From NCBI GenBank assembly GCA_029261055.1, contig JAJDCA010000014.1, positions 207,984 to 271,983 on the forward strand: a stretch of DNA of 64,000 nucleotides. Direction: 5' to 3'. The translations under genes were made by a program, and so were the position numbers. Source of the DNA: Candidatus Omnitrophota bacterium. GTDB lineage: Bacteria; Omnitrophota; Gorgyraeia; Zapsychrales; Zapsychraceae. Below, piece after piece: positions 32,948 to 42,626 of this stretch. The first letter of the stretch is position 1. The number at the start of each line of letters is the position of its first letter. Below the pieces are notes generated by a model. The model was not told the origin of the DNA. It was given only the letters and a program-made list of their open reading frames with translations, and made no database searches.

Positions 32948-33577
32948 ATGGGAAAATATACTGATTCAATTTGTCGTTTATGTCGAAGAGAAGGTGAGAA
33001 ATTATTTCTGAAAGGGGCAAGATGTTCAACACATCGATGCGCTATAGATCGGAGAGCTTATGCTCCTGGGCAACATGGAAATGCGCGTAGAGTAAAGCAA
33101 TCTAATTATGGTTTGCAATTACGTGAAAAACAAAAAGTTAAAAGAATTTATGGTCTTTATGAAAAGCAATTCAGAAATTATTTCAAAAAGGCTGTACATA
33201 AAGACGGTGTAACCGGTGAAATTCTACTTCAATTTTTAGAAAGACGGTTAGATAATGTTATATATCAACTTGGTTATTGTACATCACGAAAGCAAGCTAG
33301 ACAAATTGTTAGTCATGGTTTTGTTTATGTGAATGATCAGCGTGTTGATATTTCTTCCTTCCTTGTTAAAGAAAATGATGAAATTTTGATCAAATTAAAG
33401 AAAAAAGGTGAGAAATTAATCAAGGACAATATTAAAGCATTTGAGGGTAGGACGGCACCTGAATGGTTGGAAGCCAATCATAGTCAATATAAAGGAAAAA
33501 TAAAAAAGTTGCCTATGCGGGAAGATATTGCTTTTCCTGTAAATGAACAGTTGATCGTAGAGCTTTATTCTAGATAA
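32948..33577 (+). CDS. rpsD: 30S ribosomal protein S4 (Cys4 zinc form)
   Basis: ATG at 32948 (MGKYTDSICRLCRREGEKLFLKGARCSTHRC). The track ORF begins upstream inside rpsK. Confidence 0.93.
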   Translation: MGKYTDSICRLCRREGEKLFLKGARCSTHRCAIDRRAYAPGQHGNARRVKQSNYGLQLREKQKVKRIYGLYEKQFRNYFKKAVHKDGVTGEILLQFLERRLDNVIYQLGYCTSRKQARQIVSHGFVYVNDQRVDISSFLVKENDEILIKLKKKGEKLIKDNIKAFEGRTAPEWLEANHSQYKGKIKKLPMREDIAFPVNEQLIVELYSR

Positions 33578-33641
33578 ATTTATACACACTATTTACGTTT
33601 AAATTTTTTCGTAAATTGTGCATTCATTCAAGGAGGAAAAT

Positions 33642-34628
33642 ATGGGAGTAAAATGGCGTGATTTTCAAATGCCTAAACGTCTTGATTGCGAAGAAGGACA
33701 GTATACAGAGCTTTATGGAAAATTTGTAGCTGAACCATTTGAGCGAGGTTATGGTGTAACTCTAGGGAATTCTCTTAGACGTATTTTACTCAATTCTATT
33801 GAAGGAAGTGCAGTCACAAGCATAAAAATAGATGGAGTCAGGCACGAATATTCCACTCTACCAGGGGTTATGGAGTCAGTAACAGAGATAGTTTTAAATG
33901 TTAAGAATTTAATTTTAAGATTACATTCGAAAATTCCAAAAACTATTTATATAAAAGTGGATAAAAAGGGAGAAATTAAAGCTGGGGATATTATATGTGA
34001 CGAAACAATAGAAATTTTAAACCCTGATCTTCACATCGCAACTTTATCCCGTGATACTCATTTTTCCATGGAATTAGAAGTTGCTCGAGGACGCGGCTAT
34101 GTTCCTGCAGAGTCAAATAAAAAAGAAGGTGGAGTTGATTTAATTGCTGTTGACTCTATTTTTACGCCTATTACAAAGGTTAATTTTGACGTTGAGAATA
34201 CCCGTGTCGGTCAAAGGACAGATTATGACAAATTAATTCTTGAAATTTGGACGAATGGTGGCATTAGTCCCAAAGAAGCCTTATTATATGGCGCAAATAT
34301 TTTACAAAGACATTTGGATGTTTTTGTAAGTTATGGTCGACTTCCAGAAGAAGAGGAAGAAGTTTCTGCAGAAGAAGAAGCTCTTTATGAAAAGTTACGT
34401 CTTCCAATTTCAGAATTAGAATTATCTGTGCGAAGCGCTAATTGTTTAAAGGATGCTAATATTAAAACAATTGCTGAACTTGTCAGAAAACAAGAATCTG
34501 AACTTTTGACATTTCGTAATTTTGGAAAAAAATCTTTAACTGAAATTAATGATCTTTTAAAGATTATGGGAATCAATTTAGGTATGAAAATTGATATGAA
34601 GAAGTTAAGGAAAAAGGATAAGGACTAA
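33642..34628 (+). CDS. rpoA: DNA-directed RNA polymerase subunit alpha
   Basis: AGGAGG SD before the ATG at 33642; alpha NTD/CTD. Confidence 0.93.
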   Translation: MGVKWRDFQMPKRLDCEEGQYTELYGKFVAEPFERGYGVTLGNSLRRILLNSIEGSAVTSIKIDGVRHEYSTLPGVMESVTEIVLNVKNLILRLHSKIPKTIYIKVDKKGEIKAGDIICDETIEILNPDLHIATLSRDTHFSMELEVARGRGYVPAESNKKEGGVDLIAVDSIFTPITKVNFDVENTRVGQRTDYDKLILEIWTNGGISPKEALLYGANILQRHLDVFVSYGRLPEEEEEVSAEEEALYEKLRLPISELELSVRSANCLKDANIKTIAELVRKQESELLTFRNFGKKSLTEINDLLKIMGINLGMKIDMKKLRKKDKD

Positions 34629-34629
34629 A

Positions 34630-35232
34630 ATGCGACATGGAATTTCTGGAAATAAATTAAATAGACAAACAAGCCATCGAAAGGCTACGGTCAGAGATAT
34701 AGCTAAAGCTACTTTGCAAAAACAGCGGATATGCACGACAATAGCTAAAGCAAAAGAAGCCCGTAAGCTTGTTGATAAGCTTATTACTCTAAGTAAGGCA
34801 GGTGCATTAGCTGATAAACGACGGGCTTTTTCTATTTTATGTGATCATAAAATAGTCAGTGAATTGTTCACAGAAACAGCTCCTCGGTTTAAAAATCGTG
34901 TAGGCGGTTACACAAGAATTATTCCTCTTGGGACAAGAAGGGGTGATAATGCTCAGTTAGCTTATTTGGAATTGACAGAGAAAAAAGAAATTATCATTAG
35001 TAAAGCAAAGTCAACCGCCTCAGCTAAAATAGGAAAAATTACTCCTGTAGTACAAGAAGCTCAAGAGGAAAAATTGGGTGAAAAAACAAAATCCTCTGAT
35101 GAAAGTAAGAAAAAAGAATTCCAAAAACAACAAACGCAAAAAGCTCAAGAACCTCAAGATAAAAGTAAATCAAGCAAGAAATTCATGGGTGGTATACGTA
35201 AAATGTTTAATCGGAAACAGTCTGGGAAATAA
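34630..35232 (+). CDS. rplQ: 50S ribosomal protein L17 (with ~75-aa K/E/Q-rich C-terminal extension)
   Basis: L17 core to about residue 125, then a low-complexity tail (…EEKLGEKTKSSDESKKKEFQKQQTQKAQEPQDKSKSSKK…). Confidence 0.9.
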   Translation: MRHGISGNKLNRQTSHRKATVRDIAKATLQKQRICTTIAKAKEARKLVDKLITLSKAGALADKRRAFSILCDHKIVSELFTETAPRFKNRVGGYTRIIPLGTRRGDNAQLAYLELTEKKEIIISKAKSTASAKIGKITPVVQEAQEEKLGEKTKSSDESKKKEFQKQQTQKAQEPQDKSKSSKKFMGGIRKMFNRKQSGK

Positions 35233-35250
35233 GAAAACAGGGGTTAACGT

Positions 35251-36435
35251 TTGAATTTCAAAGTTAATAAGAGAATAAAACAAGTTGTAGGATCATCAAC
35301 ATTAGCAATAACCGCACGTGCAAAAGAATTAAAGGCCCAAGGTAAAGATGTAGTCAATTTTGCAGCTGGCGAGCCTGACTTTGATACCCCTGATTCTATA
35401 AAACGTGCAGCGATTGATTCTATTAACCAAGGTTTTACGAAATATACTCCCAGTACAGGAACAATTCAGTTAAAAGAAGCCATAGCGGCAAAGTTTTCTA
35501 AAGAAAACCATCTTGAGTATAAACCTTCCCAAATTGCTGTTTCATGTGGGGCCAAACACTCCATTTTTAATATAATTCAAGTTCTTGCTGATGAAGGAGA
35601 AGAAGTTTTGATTCCATCACCATATTGGGTCAGTTATCCTGAAATGGTAAAATTAGCTGGTGCAACGCCAAAAATTATTACTACCTCAGCAGAAAATAAT
35701 TTTAAAATTACTGGAGAACAACTTTCTGAAAGTATTAATAATAAAACAAAATTGTTAATCCTTAATTCCCCTTCAAATCCGACGGGAATGCTTTATACAA
35801 AAGAAGAATTAGAATCTATTGCTGATGTTTGTGTTAAAAATAAGATTTTTGTGATAAGTGATGAAATTTATGAAAAACTTATTTATGATACTTCAGAATA
35901 CACTTCTTTGGCTTCTTTGAGTAAAGATATTTATGATTTAACTATAACCGTCAATGGTGTTTCAAAAGCTTTTTCCATGACAGGTTGGCGAATAGGTTAT
36001 TGTGCAGGAAATGAAGAGGTGATAAACTTTATTAAAAAATTTCAAGATCATTCTACTTCAAATCCGACATCAATTAGTCAATCGGCTGCATTGCAGGCTT
36101 TGAAAGAGCCTAACGAAATTACATCTTCTATGCGTGATGAATTTAAAAAGCGGCGTGATTTAATGATGTCTGCTATTAGCGATATTTCAGAATTAAGTTA
36201 TTGTAAGCCAGATGGAGCTTTTTATTTATTTTGTGATTTTTCCAAGTTAGGAGAATCATTTGATATTGCAAAACGTATTTTAGATGATGTGAATGTCGCT
36301 ATGATACCTGGCGAAGGTTTTGGTGCTCCGGGATTTATGCGCTTAAGTTTTGCCACCTCATCTGAACGAATTAAGGAAGGTACAAAGCGTATTGCAAATT
36401 GGATAAGCAAAAACGCGCTTTGTGTCAATAAATAA
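35251..36435 (+). CDS. pyridoxal-phosphate-dependent aminotransferase (aspartate aminotransferase family)
   Basis: SKAFSMTGWRIGY PLP-lysine motif; 394 aa class I fold. Confidence 0.85.
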   Translation: MNFKVNKRIKQVVGSSTLAITARAKELKAQGKDVVNFAAGEPDFDTPDSIKRAAIDSINQGFTKYTPSTGTIQLKEAIAAKFSKENHLEYKPSQIAVSCGAKHSIFNIIQVLADEGEEVLIPSPYWVSYPEMVKLAGATPKIITTSAENNFKITGEQLSESINNKTKLLILNSPSNPTGMLYTKEELESIADVCVKNKIFVISDEIYEKLIYDTSEYTSLASLSKDIYDLTITVNGVSKAFSMTGWRIGYCAGNEEVINFIKKFQDHSTSNPTSISQSAALQALKEPNEITSSMRDEFKKRRDLMMSAISDISELSYCKPDGAFYLFCDFSKLGESFDIAKRILDDVNVAMIPGEGFGAPGFMRLSFATSSERIKEGTKRIANWISKNALCVNK

Positions 36436-36465
36436 TAATCTATTATCACTCCATCCTAGGCTAAA

Positions 36466-37530
36466 ATGGTAGATATCAAAGATTTCCTTAAGCTTTGCAT
36501 AGAAAATAAAGCTTCTGACCTTCACCTCACCGAAAATAGTCCTCCTATACTAAGAATTGATGGAAAATTAGTTTTAACTGACCGTCAAGTGCTCACTAAA
36601 GATGATCTTAAGAAGTGTATTTATGGAATCATTGACGATAGTCAAAAGGAAAAGTTTGAACGTGACCGTGAATTAGATTTTTCTGTTGCTTTTGAGGGAA
36701 TGGAACGGTTTCGTGTGAATATTCATATTCAAAAAGGATCTGTTGAAGCTGCTTTTCGGCGTATTCCATTATATATTCCTTCTGCTTCTGAGTTAAGTTT
36801 ACCTAAGGCTATTTTTGATTTTGCGCGTAAACCAAGTGGCTTGGTTTTGATTACAGGTCCAACGGGTGTTGGAAAGACAACAACTTTAGCCTCGATGATT
36901 GATCTTATTAATGAAGAGCGATCTTGTTTAATTATGTGTATTGAGGATCCTATTGAATATATCCATCAAAACAAAAAGTCAGTTATCAAACAACGTGAAG
37001 TTTTTAGTGATACGCATTCTTTTTCTGAAGCACTTAAACGGTGTTTAAGACAGGACCCTGATGTTATTGTCGTCGGGGAAATGAGAGACTTAGAAACGAT
37101 TTCGACAGCATTAACGGCTGCCGAAACAGGCCATTTAGTATTAGCAACGGTGCATACACCAGATGCCCCACAAACTATTGAGAGAATTATTGATGTCTTT
37201 CCGCCCCATCAACAGCAACAGGTTCGTTTGCAGTTATCAACGGCCCTTCAAGGAATTGTTTCACAGACGCTTCTTCCACGTGCCGAAGGAGAGGGAAGAG
37301 TTATGGGGTCAGAAGTGCTGGTTGCCACACCAGCTATTCGAAATTTAATACGAGAAAAATCTATTGAACAAATTCCAACAGCTATTCAGACGGGACTGCA
37401 ATATGGTATGCACACAATGGATATGTCTTTAAAAATATTGTATGAGGAAGGAATTATTACATTAGAAGATGCTTTAATGAAGGTGAAAAATGTTGAAGAA
37501 TTTCAACAAATGCTCAGTAATTCTAAATAG
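36466..37530 (+). CDS. pilT: type IV pilus twitching-motility ATPase PilT
   Basis: Walker A GPTGVGKTTT, Asp box and His box; 354 aa PilT/PilU family. Confidence 0.85.
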   Translation: MVDIKDFLKLCIENKASDLHLTENSPPILRIDGKLVLTDRQVLTKDDLKKCIYGIIDDSQKEKFERDRELDFSVAFEGMERFRVNIHIQKGSVEAAFRRIPLYIPSASELSLPKAIFDFARKPSGLVLITGPTGVGKTTTLASMIDLINEERSCLIMCIEDPIEYIHQNKKSVIKQREVFSDTHSFSEALKRCLRQDPDVIVVGEMRDLETISTALTAAETGHLVLATVHTPDAPQTIERIIDVFPPHQQQQVRLQLSTALQGIVSQTLLPRAEGEGRVMGSEVLVATPAIRNLIREKSIEQIPTAIQTGLQYGMHTMDMSLKILYEEGIITLEDALMKVKNVEEFQQMLSNSK

Positions 37531-37556
37531 AACCTACTAAAAGGTTCTATTTTATT
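37529..37556 (+). terminator. Rho-independent terminator after pilT
   Basis: AGAACCT-actaaa-AGGTTCT followed by ATTTTATT. Confidence 0.6.
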
Positions 37557-37646
37557 CATAATATTTGCCCCGGCCCAATATGATTTATTGGTAACATTAC
37601 AGTCATGGTTCGGGGTTTCATTTTTTGATAAGAAAATAATAAAGAA

Positions 37647-38342
37647 ATGACATCAACAGTACAATTCGATAAACTATGTCACGTTATTGATTTAGGGTGT
37701 ATAGAATATTCGAAAGCCTTAAAGATTCAAGAAAATTACGTTGAACAATGTCTACAAAATGAAGAAAATATTTTATTGTTATGTGAACATCCTCCCGTTT
37801 TAACGAGGGGAAGATTAACCGATGGACGTAATTTATTGCTTTCCCAAAAGAAGCTCCAGGATAAAGGCATTGCTATGCATGATATCAGCCGAGGAGGTGA
37901 TATTACTTTGCATGCACCTGGTCAACTTATTATTTATCCTATTTTTCATTTAGGCCAGTTTGGCAAGGACTTAAAGCGGTATTTGTATAATTTAGAACAA
38001 GTTACTATTGAGGTATTAAAGGATTTTGGTATAGTAGCAACTCGAATTTCAAAGCATCGAGGAGTTTGGGTCAAAAGCAAGAAAATTGCTTCCGTTGGTA
38101 TTGGTGTACGTAAATGGATTTCGTTTCATGGGTTAGCAATTAATGTTAATACAGACTTAAATCTTTTTTCAATGATTAAGCCCTGCGGATTGAATGTTGA
38201 TATGACCTCTGTTAAAGAAGTGTTAGAAAAAGAAATTGATATGCAGTTAGTAAAAGAAAAGATTATAAATAAGTTTTGTCATGTTTTTGGTTTAGATATT
38301 AAAATCTTTTTATCTGAAGCGAAAGGAGTTGGATGTGACTGA
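37647..38342 (+). CDS. lipB: octanoyltransferase LipB
   Basis: 231 aa with conserved lipoate-protein ligase B blocks (…RGG.ITLHAPGQL..YP…, KIASVGIGVRKWISFHG). Confidence 0.85.
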   Translation: MTSTVQFDKLCHVIDLGCIEYSKALKIQENYVEQCLQNEENILLLCEHPPVLTRGRLTDGRNLLLSQKKLQDKGIAMHDISRGGDITLHAPGQLIIYPIFHLGQFGKDLKRYLYNLEQVTIEVLKDFGIVATRISKHRGVWVKSKKIASVGIGVRKWISFHGLAINVNTDLNLFSMIKPCGLNVDMTSVKEVLEKEIDMQLVKEKIINKFCHVFGLDIKIFLSEAKGVGCD

Positions 38343-38574
38343 AATTTGTCTTCCAGAATTGGGCGAAGGAATTGAAAGCGCGACTATTGCATTTTTACAT
38401 CATCAAAGAGGAGATTTAGTAAAAAAAGATGAAGATATTGTTGAAGTAGTCACTGACAAAGCCGCTTTTAATATACCAACGGATGCTGCAGGTACTATTC
38501 AAGAAATTTTTGTTAAAGAAGGTCAGGAAATCAAAATAGGTGATGTTCTTGCCACAATTCATAATTCAGATTAA
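38335..38574 (+). CDS. stand-alone lipoyl-domain protein (79 aa)
   Basis: GTG at 38335, 6 nt after AAAGGAG. EICLPELGEGIESATIAF...VVTDKAAFNIPTD matches E2/GcvH-type lipoyl domains with the modified Lys in TDKA. It overlaps the lipB stop. Confidence 0.7.
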   Translation: MTEICLPELGEGIESATIAFLHHQRGDLVKKDEDIVEVVTDKAAFNIPTDAAGTIQEIFVKEGQEIKIGDVLATIHNSD

Positions 38575-38576
38575 TC

Positions 38577-39728
38577 ATGAATCCTGTAATTAAAATTAAA
38601 TCTAAAAATAAGCGTATTCTTTTAATGTATATCACAAAGGTATCTGGTCATAGACAAGCTACCGTTGCTGTACAGCAAGCCTTGCGCCACTTAGATCCAC
38701 AAGTTGAAGCTCCGGCTGTTAATGGTTTTGGTTATACTTATCCGGTGTTAGAAAAGCTTGTGCATCAAACATATATGGGGGTTATTAAAAGCACTCCTAA
38801 AGTCTGGGATTATCTTTACGATAACCCAAAAGTTGTTAAAAAATCTCAATCTATCAAGAATTTTCTTCATAAAACAAGTCATAAAAAATTAGATATGCTT
38901 TTTAAGCGTCATTGTCCGGATACGGTTGTGTGTACTCAGGCTTTTCCTTGTGGTATGGTCGCAGACTATAAAATGACACATAAATTAGATATAACTCTTG
39001 TTGGTGTGTTAACAGACTTTTCACCACATTCTTTTTGGGTTAATGAGGGGATTGATTATTACATTGTTCCAGCTGCCGAAGTAAAAGATCGCTTTGTTCA
39101 AAAAGGAGTTCATCCGGATAAAATTAAAGTGTATGGTATCCCATTACGATCAAAGTTTGCTGTACAATTAGATAAAAAACCAATTGCCAAAAGTCTTAAT
39201 CTTAACCCAGATATTCCGACTATTCTTATTATGGGGGGTGGGCAAGGGATTGGGCCGATTAAATCCATTGTTAAATCTCTCATGAAAGTAGATATGGAAT
39301 TTCAATTGATTGTTTTGACAGGACGAAATAAAAAAATTATTAATAGTTTGAATAAATATGCTAAGAAAACACATAAGAAAATTTTAATTTTAGGATATAC
39401 TAACAACGTCGATGAAATTATGGAGTTAGCTACAATCATTATTACCAAACCGGGAGGGATGACAACATCGGAATGTTTGGCCAAAGGACTACCTATGGTT
39501 CTTGTGGATCCCATCCCTGGTCAAGAAATGCGCAATACAGATTTTCTCATTAAAAAGGGAATAGGCATTCGTATCGATGATACGAATGATATAGGAGAAG
39601 AGGTAGAATTTCTTTTAAAATCTCCAAATCGTCTGGCATCCATGAGTCAAGCAGCTTATGCTAATGCAAAACCCCATGCAGCCATGGATGTTTCAAAATT
39701 AATCCTTGAGCATACGAACACCGCATAA
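38577..39728 (+). CDS. GT28 glycolipid synthase (UgtP/MGDG-synthase-like diacylglycerol glycosyltransferase)
   Basis: Blocks matching B. subtilis UgtP: LTDFSPHSFWVNEGIDYYIV, ITKPGGMTTSECLAKGLPMVLVDPIPGQE. Confidence 0.72.
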   Translation: MNPVIKIKSKNKRILLMYITKVSGHRQATVAVQQALRHLDPQVEAPAVNGFGYTYPVLEKLVHQTYMGVIKSTPKVWDYLYDNPKVVKKSQSIKNFLHKTSHKKLDMLFKRHCPDTVVCTQAFPCGMVADYKMTHKLDITLVGVLTDFSPHSFWVNEGIDYYIVPAAEVKDRFVQKGVHPDKIKVYGIPLRSKFAVQLDKKPIAKSLNLNPDIPTILIMGGGQGIGPIKSIVKSLMKVDMEFQLIVLTGRNKKIINSLNKYAKKTHKKILILGYTNNVDEIMELATIIITKPGGMTTSECLAKGLPMVLVDPIPGQEMRNTDFLIKKGIGIRIDDTNDIGEEVEFLLKSPNRLASMSQAAYANAKPHAAMDVSKLILEHTNTA

Positions 39729-39752
39729 TTTCTTCAGTTCACTTTGTCAATA

Positions 39753-40622
39753 ATGTTTAGATATAGCATATTTAAATTCGGGCAATTTCTTATTGATCAT
39801 TTGTCAGAATCAACAGCATATAAATTTGCCAATGTATTATCTAATTTACATTATATTTTTTCAAAAACAGATCGAAGGGCTGTACGGAATAATCTAAAAA
39901 AGATTATTGCACAGGAAAAGAATCTTTCTTTTTTGACAAAAGAAGTGTTTATAAATTTTGGGCGTTATATTGTAGAATTTTTTCAAATCAGAAAAAATAT
40001 TACCCAGAATTTTCTTAAAACAAAAGTTCAATTATATGGTGTTGAGCACATTGACCATGTTTTAAAGAAAGGTAATGGTGGAATTGTTATTACCGCACAC
40101 ATAGGTAACTGGGAATTAGGGGCGATCTTTCTCAGTATGTTGGGTTATCCTGTTACAGCTGTTGCCTTGCCGCATAGAGAACAAAAAGTGAATGATTTTT
40201 TTAATGATCAAAGAAAAATTAAAGGGGTAGAAGTTATACAATCTAATGAAGCTGTACAAGAATGTGTGGATGCTTTAAAAAATAATAAACTCATTGCCCT
40301 TGTCGCTGATCGTGATTTTAGTTTAAAAGGAGAGGTTGTTGATTTCTTAGGTGAAAAAACATTGATTCCTAAAGGTCCGGCTATTTTTTCACAAAAAACA
40401 GGCGCCCCGATCATCCCTGTATTCTTGATTCGTCAAAAAGATAATACATTTTGTCTGACTGTTTGTGCTCCCATTTATTCTGAAGGTTTCTATGAAAAAA
40501 AATTAGGACAAAAAGATATTGTGAAATGTATTATGAGGCAGTATATAACTATTATTGAAAATAAAATTCGCCAGTATCCGGCTCAATGGTTAATGTTTCG
40601 AGAGTTTTGGAAAAAGGATTAA
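39753..40622 (+). CDS. lysophospholipid/lipid A acyltransferase (LpxL/HtrB-like)
   Basis: HIGNWELG motif typical of the Lip_A_acyltrans family; 289 aa. Confidence 0.65.
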   Translation: MFRYSIFKFGQFLIDHLSESTAYKFANVLSNLHYIFSKTDRRAVRNNLKKIIAQEKNLSFLTKEVFINFGRYIVEFFQIRKNITQNFLKTKVQLYGVEHIDHVLKKGNGGIVITAHIGNWELGAIFLSMLGYPVTAVALPHREQKVNDFFNDQRKIKGVEVIQSNEAVQECVDALKNNKLIALVADRDFSLKGEVVDFLGEKTLIPKGPAIFSQKTGAPIIPVFLIRQKDNTFCLTVCAPIYSEGFYEKKLGQKDIVKCIMRQYITIIENKIRQYPAQWLMFREFWKKD

Positions 40623-40627
40623 CGCAT

Positions 40628-41302
40628 ATGAAAATTTGTATTATTATTCCCGCCTATAATGAAGAGAAAACAATTGGATTACTTGTCCAGTCAATTCATA
40701 AAAAAGGATTTGATTGTTACGTAGTAGATGATTGCTCAGATGATAGTACCGGACAAATAGCTAAAAGTAATGGGGCAAATGTTCTTCAGCATAATCAACG
40801 ACAAGGAAAGGGGGCCTCTCTTCGGACAGGATTTCAGCATGCTGTAAAACTTAATTATGATGGGGTTATTATTATGGATGCTGATGGTCAGCATGATACA
40901 GGTGATATTGATCAGTTTATTCAATGTGCGGCACGAAATAATGTGGGAATTATTACAGGAAATCGTATGGGCAATTCTAAAGGGATGCCCTTGTTGAGAT
41001 ATATGGTAAATCATTTTATGTCTTTTCTTATTTCGATGGCTTGTCGACAAAAAATTCCAGATACTCAGTGTGGCTTTCGTTTTATACGTTGTGATGCTTT
41101 AAAAGAATTAAGTTTAGTATGTAATAATTTTGAAATTGAAACAGAAATATTAATGAAAGCCCGAAAAAAAAATATTAAAATAACTTCAGTACCAGTTAGG
41201 ACGATTTATAACAATGAAAAAAGCAAAATAAAGCCTTTAAGAGATACTATGCGTTTTTTTGCGTATTTTTTAAAGGAAATCTGGAGTATTCGTGGGAAAT
41301 AA
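40628..41302 (+). CDS. family 2 glycosyltransferase (DPM1/GtrB-like)
   Basis: MKICIIIPAYNEE…DDCSDDST…MDADGQHD (DxD). Confidence 0.8.
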   Translation: MKICIIIPAYNEEKTIGLLVQSIHKKGFDCYVVDDCSDDSTGQIAKSNGANVLQHNQRQGKGASLRTGFQHAVKLNYDGVIIMDADGQHDTGDIDQFIQCAARNNVGIITGNRMGNSKGMPLLRYMVNHFMSFLISMACRQKIPDTQCGFRFIRCDALKELSLVCNNFEIETEILMKARKKNIKITSVPVRTIYNNEKSKIKPLRDTMRFFAYFLKEIWSIRGK

Positions 41303-41984
41303 ATTGTTGTATGGATCGTTGTGCTTTTCCTGTATTATTCATTTTGCTCTATTCGCTTATTTATCAATTTCAAGGCAAAAAGTAATACATAATAAGCCCC
41401 TTAAGCAAATTGAAGTAACCTATCAAACTATCAAATCAAAGAAAAATTCTTCACCAAAACAGTTTCGTCAGAAATTAAAAATTTTTAAGAAAAAAGAGAC
41501 TCTAGATAATTCACCACGTATTACAAAAAAACATAGCCATTTTCCCTTTAGAGGCAAGGATGTAAAAGATATAACAAAGCTTTCCAATCAGCTATCTTCT
41601 AAAGAAAAATTGACATCAAGAATTCAGAAATTAGATCGTGGACAAAAAATCACGGTGCCCCTTTTAAAAGCCGAGAAGATCAGTAATCCAAAATATTTAA
41701 GCTATAATCAAACGATTAGATATAAGATAAAACAACGAGCCTATTTATACATTGATCACCCTGATTTTAAAGCAGGGGAGGTTTATTTAACCTTTATATT
41801 AACCTCTGATGGTGATTTAAAGCGGATCAAAATTATTGAAGAAAAAACGACAGCGAATAGTTATTTGCGTAGTGTAGGGTTAAGGAGTATTCAGGAGTCT
41901 AGTCCATTTGCATCATTCCCAAAAGATTTGAATTATCCTGAATTAACGTTCAATGTTGTCATATCGTTTGAGGTAAATGATTGA
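41292..41984 (+). CDS. TonB-family C-terminal-domain protein
   Basis: N-terminal TM segment and a C-terminal block (GEVYLTFILTSDGDLKRIKI…YPELTFNVVISFEV) resembling the TonB C-terminal domain. Confidence 0.5.
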   Translation: MGNKLLYGSLCFSCIIHFALFAYLSISRQKVIHNKPLKQIEVTYQTIKSKKNSSPKQFRQKLKIFKKKETLDNSPRITKKHSHFPFRGKDVKDITKLSNQLSSKEKLTSRIQKLDRGQKITVPLLKAEKISNPKYLSYNQTIRYKIKQRAYLYIDHPDFKAGEVYLTFILTSDGDLKRIKIIEEKTTANSYLRSVGLRSIQESSPFASFPKDLNYPELTFNVVISFEVND

Positions 41985-42016
41985 CAAGAATTAGGGGGAA
42001 TGATAAGGTACCAGCC

Positions 42017-42190
42017 ATGATTGATCAGAAATTATTAGAAATTCTTTCTTGTCCTTCCTGTAACGGAGATGTGGAACATAAAGAGGACAAAATTATTTGC
42101 CTTCAATGCGGACGAAAATATCCTGTAAAAGGTGGTATTCCCGGTATGCTTATTGATGAATCCGAGGAGGGGAGTGCTTATCATGGATAA
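42017..42190 (+). CDS. Trm112-like zinc-finger protein
   Basis: [21 protein letters not shown]…[18 protein letters not shown] (UPF0434/Trm112 signature). Confidence 0.7.
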   Translation: MIDQKLLEILSCPSCNGDVEHKEDKIICLQCGRKYPVKGGIPGMLIDESEEGSAYHG

Positions 42191-42626
42191 AATTCTAGTT
42201 ATTCACGGTCCAAACCTCAATCTTTTAGGGCAGCGTGAGGAAGATATTTACGGGAAGATGACTCTTGGTGAAATTAATGCACAGCTCGAAGCCTTGGCCC
42301 AAAAAAATAATATGGCACTGCATATTGTTCAATCAAACCATGAAGGTGAAATTGTTGACGTCATTGGACAATCTTCAAAGGATGATTTTAAAGCGATTCT
42401 CATTAATCCTGCCGCGTTCACACACACCAGTGTCGCCGTAAGGGATGCTATTGCTGCTGTTCCTATTCCTGCTGTTGAAGTCCATCTATCAAATATTTAT
42501 GCCCGTGAAGATTTTCGGCATACATCCCACATTGCCCCAGTTTGCCACGGCCAAATTTCCGGATTCGGCCCACAAAGCTACATCTTAGGCCTGCAGGCCC
42601 TAGGCAATTTAATTAAAAATTCTTAG
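42183..42626 (+). CDS. aroQ: type II 3-dehydroquinate dehydratase
   Basis: [19 protein letters not shown]… canonical AroQ N-terminus; GAGGAGG SD. Confidence 0.9.
   Translation: MDKILVIHGPNLNLLGQREEDIYGKMTLGEINAQLEALAQKNNMALHIVQSNHEGEIVDVIGQSSKDDFKAILINPAAFTHTSVAVRDAIAAVPIPAVEVHLSNIYAREDFRHTSHIAPVCHGQISGFGPQSYILGLQALGNLIKNS

Noticed and set aside
36466-37530. pilT as evidence of a type IV pilus locus
   Set aside because: A single retraction ATPase gene flanked by an aminotransferase and lipB; no pilB/C/M-Q nearby, so no pilus locus is claimed.
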